Source: Minisyncoccia bacterium (GTDB lineage: Bacteria; Patescibacteriota; Minisyncoccia; Phycocordibacterales; UBA918). From it: 64,000 nucleotides of DNA. Shown piece after piece: positions 57,388-64,000 of the stretch (the stretch's first letter is position 1; every line of letters starts with the position of its first letter). The position numbers and the translations under genes were made by a program. The DNA is taken from positions 158,428-222,427 of the forward strand of contig JBKBPM010000002.1 of the NCBI GenBank assembly GCA_046293175.1. The letters run 5' to 3'. The notes beneath the pieces are model-generated. The model was not told the origin of the DNA, did not search any database, and was given only the letters and a program-made list of their open reading frames with translations.

Positions 57388-58479
57388 ATGGACGACGAGC
57401 GGGAACCATTTTTAAAACGTATCAAGCATACGGTCAAACACCACTGGCTGACACTGGCTTTTGTCGGTGGATTTATCACTGACTTCCTCCTCCTCAATCG
57501 TGTTGATGATGCAATTGATAATGCGATTCTTACCGCGTATGTGGTACTCGCCACCATCTCACTGCTGCTCTTTTATGCTGGCATTGCGCAGCGCTTTGGG
57601 TACATCTGGTCGCCACGCGTGCAAAAAGGGGCGAGTATCGTCATGCAGTATGCGTACGGTGGTCTCTTCTCGGGCATGCTCATTTTTTATGGCAAGAGCG
57701 GCGCGATTCTCTCGAGTTGGCCGTTTCTCCTTCTTATCATTATTGCGATTCTCGGCAACGAATTGATTAAGAATCGGGGACAGCAGCTGGTCTTTAACCT
57801 CTTTGCCTATTTTGTTGGACTCTTCTCGTTTATGGTACTTCAAGTACCTGTCTTAAGTGGTTACATGGGTGGCTGGATATTTTTTGGTTCGGGGCTTCTC
57901 GCACTCTTTGGGGTGTACATTGTCATCCAATTGCTGACCTTTATTATTCCCAACTACCTCCTTCTCGAGATGCGGAAGATTGTCTTTGTGATTCTCGGTA
58001 CGTTTGTCGTCTTTCAGGGTTTCTATATTACAAACATCATTCCACCAATCCCACTATCACTAAAGGAAATTACTATTGCGCAATCCGTTGTTCGGGTAGG
58101 GAATGATTATGAGGTAGTCTATGAACCGGCACCGTGGTGGCAGTTCTGGGTGCGCGCACATGAGACCTTTCATCCCGCCACAGGATCAGTGGCTTGCTTT
58201 ACTCGGGTCTTTGCACCAACAAAGCTCTCGACTGAAATAGAGCATGTCTGGGAATACAAAGACCCCAAGACGGGGAAGTGGGTGCACCATTTTAGCTTGC
58301 CATTTCCGATTGTCGGTGGAGGTGAAAATGGCTATCGGGGCTTTACCGCTATTTCGAGTTATCGCGATGGTACCTGGCGCTGTCGGGTGACGACGAAGCG
58401 TGGCCAGGTGATTGGTCAACAGATATTTACGATTGATTCGACCGAAAAACCTGGTCGGACTGAACGACGGGTTGAGTAG
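57388..58479 (+). CDS. Multi-TM protein with C-terminal DUF2914-like domain
   Basis: Several TM helices; VFAP, H.W, GG..GYRG, GTWRCRV. Confidence 0.78.
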   Translation: MDDEREPFLKRIKHTVKHHWLTLAFVGGFITDFLLLNRVDDAIDNAILTAYVVLATISLLLFYAGIAQRFGYIWSPRVQKGASIVMQYAYGGLFSGMLIFYGKSGAILSSWPFLLLIIIAILGNELIKNRGQQLVFNLFAYFVGLFSFMVLQVPVLSGYMGGWIFFGSGLLALFGVYIVIQLLTFIIPNYLLLEMRKIVFVILGTFVVFQGFYITNIIPPIPLSLKEITIAQSVVRVGNDYEVVYEPAPWWQFWVRAHETFHPATGSVACFTRVFAPTKLSTEIEHVWEYKDPKTGKWVHHFSLPFPIVGGGENGYRGFTAISSYRDGTWRCRVTTKRGQVIGQQIFTIDSTEKPGRTERRVE

Positions 58480-58515
58480 TTCATAATTTAGGGTTTTCTG
58501 TTATAGTGTGCCCAT

Positions 58516-60201
58516 ATGGAAGCTGTTATCTGTGCTGCTATCAAAGACGCGCTGGTCGAACTTGGTCTCCCCGAGGTAGTTTTTTCCATTGAGCACCCGA
58601 AGATCCTTGATCATGGTGATTACGCCTGCAACATAGCGATGGTTCTGGGTAAGCAGGTGGGGCAGGCACCACGCACGCTAGCGGAGCAAATCCTTGCGAA
58701 GCTTCAAGGTCAGATTGAGTATGTTGAGCGGATCGAAATCGCTGGTCCGGGTTTTTTGAACTTTTACCTCAGTCGAGACTTGTTCTCAGCTGAAGCTGTC
58801 CGTGTTTTACAGCTGGGAGACACTTGGGGTAAAAATGATAGTTGGTCAGACAAAAAAGTAGTTGTTGAATATACCGACCCCAATCCGTTTAAAGAGTTTC
58901 ATATTGGTCATCTTTTTACCAATGCCGTTGGTGAATCAATCGCTCGTCTTTTTATGATGAATGGAGCTGAAGTGAAGCGTGTTTGTTACCAAGGTGATGT
59001 TGGTCTTCATGTGGCGTATGCGCTTTGGGGTATGCAAGAACTTGGTATTACTGCGCAGAGCGATTTTACTGCAAAGGATTTGGGTCGTGCCTATGCCCTT
59101 GGTGCCACCACGTACAAAAACGATGAGTCCAAGCAAGAGATGATTCGATCGATTAATAAGGCGGTGTATGATCGTAGTAACGAAGAACTAAACGCCCTTT
59201 ATGACGCAGGACGAACTATTTCTCTAGCGTATTTTGAAACTATTTATCAGACAGTAGGAACCAAGTTCGACGAGTACTTTTTTGAAAGTGAAGCTGGTCC
59301 ACGCGGCAAACAGCTGGTTTTAGATAACCCTACCCATTTCGGAGAAAGTGATGGTGCGCGTGTATTTAAGGGTGAAGACTACGGGCTTCATACTCGAGTA
59401 TTTCTAAATAAAGAAGGTCTCCCGACGTACGAAGCAAAAGAGCTTGCACTTGCAAAAATGAAAGAAGAAAAGCTTGGTGTTTACGATCACTCAGTCATTT
59501 CTACCGCCAAAGAAATCAATGAGTATTTCAAGGTACTTCTAAAGGCTATGAGTTTTGTCTATCCCGATTTAGCTGCTAAGACCGAACATATTGGTCATGG
59601 TATGGTTCGTCTTACTACTGGGAAGATGTCATCGCGAACAGGTGATGTTATTCCAGCTCTTGAATTTATTGAGGATGTCGCAGCTACTGCGCGCGAACGA
59701 ATTGATGCGTCAGGTGTTTCCAGAGCTACCGATACACTTGCGACCCAAATCGCTGTGGCCGCTATAAAGTACGCAACTCTAAAGGGAAGTATTTTCCAAG
59801 ACTCTGTTTTTGATAAAGAGAAAGCCCTCTCTTTTGAAGGGGACTCCGGTCCATACCTGCAATACACGTATGCGCGCTGTCTTTCAGTCCTTGAGAAAGC
59901 GAGGGACGTAGGAATCGAGCCGCAACTTGCGCCAGCACCTGAAGTCCCATACGTGCTAGAACGTATTCTCTACCGTTTTCCCGAAGCGGTGGAGGAGGCG
60001 CTAGACGAGCGAGCGCCACACACTGTCGTAACATACCTCACCGAACTGGCCGGAGAATTTAATTCTTTCTATGCGCATGAAATGATTGCAGATGCGAGTG
60101 ATATATACGCACCATACAAAACCTTACTGACCAGTGCGGTGGCGACCACACTCAAGAACGGCCTTTGGGTCCTTGGTATTGAAGCACCAGAACGACTCTA
60201 A
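58516..60201 (+). CDS. argS: Arginine--tRNA ligase
   Basis: HGDYACN, AGPGFLNF, HIGH, KMSSRTG, GPYLQY. Confidence 0.96.
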   Translation: MEAVICAAIKDALVELGLPEVVFSIEHPKILDHGDYACNIAMVLGKQVGQAPRTLAEQILAKLQGQIEYVERIEIAGPGFLNFYLSRDLFSAEAVRVLQLGDTWGKNDSWSDKKVVVEYTDPNPFKEFHIGHLFTNAVGESIARLFMMNGAEVKRVCYQGDVGLHVAYALWGMQELGITAQSDFTAKDLGRAYALGATTYKNDESKQEMIRSINKAVYDRSNEELNALYDAGRTISLAYFETIYQTVGTKFDEYFFESEAGPRGKQLVLDNPTHFGESDGARVFKGEDYGLHTRVFLNKEGLPTYEAKELALAKMKEEKLGVYDHSVISTAKEINEYFKVLLKAMSFVYPDLAAKTEHIGHGMVRLTTGKMSSRTGDVIPALEFIEDVAATARERIDASGVSRATDTLATQIAVAAIKYATLKGSIFQDSVFDKEKALSFEGDSGPYLQYTYARCLSVLEKARDVGIEPQLAPAPEVPYVLERILYRFPEAVEEALDERAPHTVVTYLTELAGEFNSFYAHEMIADASDIYAPYKTLLTSAVATTLKNGLWVLGIEAPERL

Positions 60202-60516
60202 TGACCTTGACGGTAATACTGACGGGTGTACGATTATAGTCTATCCGCTTCAGAGAGGAGATGATGAAGATGGGGTGATGTTTTTTGTGGTAATTATCGG
60301 TCTGTTAGGACTGATGCTCTACGACATACTCGAAATAAGTATGCGTTGTGGTCGAGCAAGGAAACTGAGCGGGTAACACCCGCTCTTTGCTTTGTATCAT
60401 TCGCCAAACCAAAGAATCGTGGTACTATCTGAATTACCGGCCTGATATGTCGGTGTAAGTAAGGGGTCCGACCCCTAACTGGCATTAATAATGTCTGATA
60501 TACATTTTATATTTTT

Positions 60517-63500
60517 ATGTCTAAACAACACGGTCGTGAAAACGACAGTGTCGAGGTAGTAACCTCGACCCCAAAGAGTGACGTTGCTCTGCGCGAAGAG
60601 ACTATTCTCGCGTTTTGGCAAGAGCACGATATTTTTAATAAAACACTAGCGACCCCAGCTGGGGAAGCACCAATTGGTGACTACGTCTTCTATGACGGAC
60701 CACCGTTTGCGACCGGGACACCACACTACGGTCATATACTAGCAAGTACCATCAAGGACGCTGTGCCACGCTTTTGGACTATGCGCGGTTACCGCGTCCC
60801 ACGGAAGTGGGGCTGGGACTGTCATGGTCTGCCACTTGAAAACCTCATCGAGAAGAAACTTGGCCTCGCCACGAAGCGCGACATCGAAGACTATGGCGTG
60901 AAGAACTTCAACGAAGCCGCGCGTGGCACCGTGATGGAGTATGCTGATTATTGGAAGATGGCTATCCCTCGGATGGGACGCTGGGCCGACATGGAGAATG
61001 ACTACAAGACCATGGACAGTACCTACACCGAAAGTGTTTGGTGGGTCTTCTCTGAACTCTACAAAAAAGGTCTTGCCTTTGAAGGCTTCAAGACTATGCA
61101 CCTCTGTCCACGCTGTGGGACAACCCTCTCAAACTTTGAAGTAAACCAGGGCTATAAAGATATCAAAGATATCGCGGTGACGGTGAAGTTGCCACTCCTT
61201 GATGAACAGGGTGCTGTGACTGATACCTCACTCCTCGTGTGGACGACCACTCCCTGGACACTCCCAGGGAACTTGGCGGCTGCTATCAATCGTGAGTTTG
61301 ATTATGTGAAGGTGGCGTTGACTTCCGATGGCGTAACAGAAAATCTTATTATCGCCAAAGGACGCCTCGTACAGCTCGGTGATGCATCGTACGACATAAT
61401 CGAAGAAATGAAGGGCGAAGCCTTGATTGGTCGACGTTATCAACCACCATTTCCATTTTTGGCAGGACAGTCGTTTGACCAGACGAATGCCTGGAAGATT
61501 TGGCATGCGGACTATGTCGAGCTCGGTGAAGAGGGGACCGGTGCTGTGCATATTGCTCCTGCTTATGGTGAGGATGACATGCAGCTCGCGAAGACTAATG
61601 GCGTGCCAATTGTTCACCACGTCGACGAGAGCGGTCGCTTCAAAGACTGGGTGACGGGCTTTAACTGTGCGCTGGTGAAGCCAAAAGATGATGATGCTGC
61701 AGGTGTCGATCACAAAGACACTGATATCGAAATCCTCAAGTCTCTCCAGGCCGCGGGCAAGATTTTTAAGAAAGAGAACATCACGCACAGCTACCCACAC
61801 TGTTGGCGCTGTGATACGCCACTCCTCAATTACGCGACTACCTCGTGGTTTGTGAACGTACCAAAGATCAAAGACGAACTCGTCGCCGTGAACAGCGAAG
61901 TTAATTGGGTGCCAGATCACGTCGGTACCAATCGCTTCGGGAAGTGGCTTGAAGGCGCCCGCGACTGGGCTATCTCTCGTCAGCGCTACTGGGGAGCACC
62001 ACTCCCAATCTGGAAAAATCCGACCACTGGTGAGGTGAAGGTTATTGGCTCGCTTAAGGACCTCCAGTCATATATTCGTAAGAGTGGCAACACCTACACC
62101 ATCACCCGTCATGCTGAGGCAGAGAGTAATATCACGGGTGTGATTGACGCGTTTGCCGATGAGAGCAATCACCTCACTGATAATGGTCGGGCACAGGCCA
62201 AAGCTACTGCCGAGACACTTCGATCTCGCGGTGTTACCCGAATTGTCCACTCGGGAATGACCCGAGCCCGCGAGACGGCCGAACTTATTGCAGCCGAACT
62301 CGGACTTCCGAGTGATGCTGTCATTGCCGATGTAAGACTACAAGAATTTAAGGTAGGAACCGAGTGGGAAGGTAAGACCTGGGCCGAGTTCAACTCGCAG
62401 TTTGCCACTGAGGAAGAAAAGTTTGAGAAGACTTTTACTGGAGGAGAGAGTCGGTACGATCTCCTCAAGCGTGTCGGAGCGTGGCTTTATGAATATGAGT
62501 CCAAGCACCAAAATGAACATACTCTGGTTGTTGGGCACGGTAGTTCACTGTTTGCCCTTGAGGCGGTAGCGCGTGGAGCCAATCACGTAGAAATGATGAC
62601 ACTCAAAAAACAGGGTTACCTGAGCAATAGTGAAGTCCGTGACTTGCCATTTACACCGGTCCCACACAATGACCTCTTCCAGCTCGACTACCATCGACCA
62701 TATATCGACGAGATAGAACTCTTCGATACTGACGGTACGAAGCTCGAGCGTATCAAAGACGTCTTTGACTGTTGGTTTGAAAGTGGGTCGATGCCGTACG
62801 CGCAGCACCACTACATGGGAGAGAATCCTGAAGCCTTTGTGGGTACCTGCTTCCCAGCACAGTTTATCGCCGAAGGGCTGGATCAGACACGTGGATGGTT
62901 CTACTCACTGATTGTGCTTGGTACCGCACTTTTTGGTCGCTCTCCGTACGAGAACGTGATCGTAAACGGTCTGGCACTCGCGGAAGATGGCAAGAAAATG
63001 TCGAAGAGTCTCCGCAATTATCCTGATCCGATGGAGCTCGTAGACCGGGTTGGTGCCGACGCTATCCGTTACTACATGATGTCTGCGCCAATTATTCGTG
63101 GCGAAGACCTCAACTTCAGTGAGAAGGAAGTAACTGAACAACAGCGCAAGAATATTGGTCGTTTGCACAATGTACTCGCCATGTACGAGATGTACGCAGA
63201 TGGTACCAAGGCAGATGGTACATCGAGCAATGTCCTCGACTGCTGGATTGTCTCACGCCTCAATCAGCTGATTGGGGAAGTGACAGCTGGCTACGAAAGC
63301 TACGAGCTTGATAAAGCCACTCGTCCACTGGCTGACTTTATCGATGATGTGTCTGTCTGGTACCTCCGCCGCAGTCGTGAGCGCCTGAAGCAGGATTCGA
63401 AAATTGAGGCATCTCCGTCGTTGCGGGTCCCAGCCGATTCTTTCGCCGTAGCAGAAAGTACGTCTCCATCATCAGCTTTCCCGCGCCTTGCATCTGACAC

Positions 63501-64000
63501 TCAATTATCAAATCCTGAGACAAGCGATAAAGAATTGGCATTAGGAACCCTCCGCTTTATCCTGCGAGAACTGGCGAAGGTAATGGCACCAGCCATGCCG
63601 TTCTACGCTGAGTATCTCTACCGCGCGGTGCGCGATGAGAGCGAAGCTGAGAGTGTGCATCTCACGAAGTGGCCGGTAGCAGGGGATACAAACGAGGAGG
63701 TTGTTGAATTGATGAAGCAGGTACGAGAAGTGGTGACCGCAGCCCTTGAAGCACGCACCAAGTCTGGTATCAAAGTGCGTCAGCCCATCGCGAGTGTCAC
63801 TGGTCCAGAGTTGCCAGCGGAGTACCAGTCAATTGTCCTCGATGAACTTAATGCCAAGAGCTATCTAGTAGGGGAGATGATAGCGATTGATACCAACCTC
63901 ACCCCAGAACTTATCGCCGAAGGAGCGGTGCGCGAACTCATGCGGGCCATCCAGGATATGCGTAAAAAGGCCGACCTTACTCCAGCGGATCTCGTTATAC
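60517..64000 (+). CDS. ileS: Isoleucine--tRNA ligase, type 2 (3' end beyond the window; absent from the ORF track)
   Basis: Hand translation: FYDGPPFATGTPHYGH, GWDCHGLP, WTTTPWT, DWAISRQRYWG, KMSKS (62995); inserted His-phosphatase domain. Confidence 0.95.
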   Translation, partial: MSKQHGRENDSVEVVTSTPKSDVALREETILAFWQEHDIFNKTLATPAGEAPIGDYVFYDGPPFATGTPHYGHILASTIKDAVPRFWTMRGYRVPRKWGWDCHGLPLENLIEKKLGLATKRDIEDYGVKNFNEAARGTVMEYADYWKMAIPRMGRWADMENDYKTMDSTYTESVWWVFSELYKKGLAFEGFKTMHLCPRCGTTLSNFEVNQGYKDIKDIAVTVKLPLLDEQGAVTDTSLLVWTTTPWTLPGNLAAAINREFDYVKVALTSDGVTENLIIAKGRLVQLGDASYDIIEEMKGEALIGRRYQPPFPFLAGQSFDQTNAWKIWHADYVELGEEGTGAVHIAPAYGEDDMQLAKTNGVPIVHHVDESGRFKDWVTGFNCALVKPKDDDAAGVDHKDTDIEILKSLQAAGKIFKKENITHSYPHCWRCDTPLLNYATTSWFVNVPKIKDELVAVNSEVNWVPDHVGTNRFGKWLEGARDWAISRQRYWGAPLPIWKNPTTGEVKVIGSLKDLQSYIRKSGNTYTITRHAEAESNITGVIDAFADESNHLTDNGRAQAKATAETLRSRGVTRIVHSGMTRARETAELIAAELGLPSDAVIADVRLQEFKVGTEWEGKTWAEFNSQFATEEEKFEKTFTGGESRYDLLKRVGAWLYEYESKHQNEHTLVVGHGSSLFALEAVARGANHVEMMTLKKQGYLSNSEVRDLPFTPVPHNDLFQLDYHRPYIDEIELFDTDGTKLERIKDVFDCWFESGSMPYAQHHYMGENPEAFVGTCFPAQFIAEGLDQTRGWFYSLIVLGTALFGRSPYENVIVNGLALAEDGKKMSKSLRNYPDPMELVDRVGADAIRYYMMSAPIIRGEDLNFSEKEVTEQQRKNIGRLHNVLAMYEMYADGTKADGTSSNVLDCWIVSRLNQLIGEVTAGYESYELDKATRPLADFIDDVSVWYLRRSRERLKQDSKIEASPSLRVPADSFAVAESTSPSSAFPRLASDTQLSNPETSDKELALGTLRFILRELAKVMAPAMPFYAEYLYRAVRDESEAESVHLTKWPVAGDTNEEVVELMKQVREVVTAALEARTKSGIKVRQPIASVTGPELPAEYQSIVLDELNAKSYLVGEMIAIDTNLTPELIAEGAVRELMRAIQDMRKKADLTPADLVI
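63391..63517 (-). repeat. Palindromic REP/MITE-like element, copy 3, in-frame inside ileS
   Basis: 18-bp terminal IR matching at 16/18 (CAGGATTCGAAAATTGAG / CTCAATTATCAAATCCTG); minus-strand core CAGATGCAAGGCG...GACGTAC...TACG. Confidence 0.75.

Noticed and set aside
60278-60376. 32-aa hydrophobic ORF between argS and ileS
   Set aside because: Plausible small membrane peptide, but the start context is ambiguous and there is no other support.
60377-60516. T-box leader for ileS
   Set aside because: No GGTGGNACCGCG T-box sequence, and the leader is too short.

Overview
Bacterial chromosomal window read with genetic code 11. The gene content (PilB and PilMNO, DUF5667 anti-sigma, rplK without rplA, type-2 IleRS with an inserted domain, tRNA-Arg(GCG), mostly leaderless-looking genes) suggests Patescibacteria/CPR, probably Parcubacteria; this is inference. 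The window holds ruvABC, polA, tsaE, murE, lnt, several secreted/surface proteins, an ECF sigma/anti-sigma pair, an ATP-cone-NrdB/NrdA ribonucleotide reductase, a dTTP cluster (dcd, thyX, two tmk, dut, glyA), argS, ileS (runs off the end) and 7 tRNAs. The most striking signal is non-coding: 6 of the 7 tRNA genes carry 150-450 bp modular, protein-free 3' elements. In five of them the layout is long hairpin, antisense copy of that tRNA's own T-arm/acceptor end, scaffold modules shared between different tRNAs, terminal GAC(C), then a direct repeat of the tRNA restarting in the T-loop. tRNA-Ser also has a mirror-image element at its D-loop. A second palindromic repeat family has three copies, one inserted in-frame in ileS. 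Other points: an NrdA that has lost its C-terminal CxxC (a frameshifted remnant remains), twin ECF-type promoters and a ~180-nt rod-like ncRNA candidate. No CRISPR array, integrase or transposase was seen.
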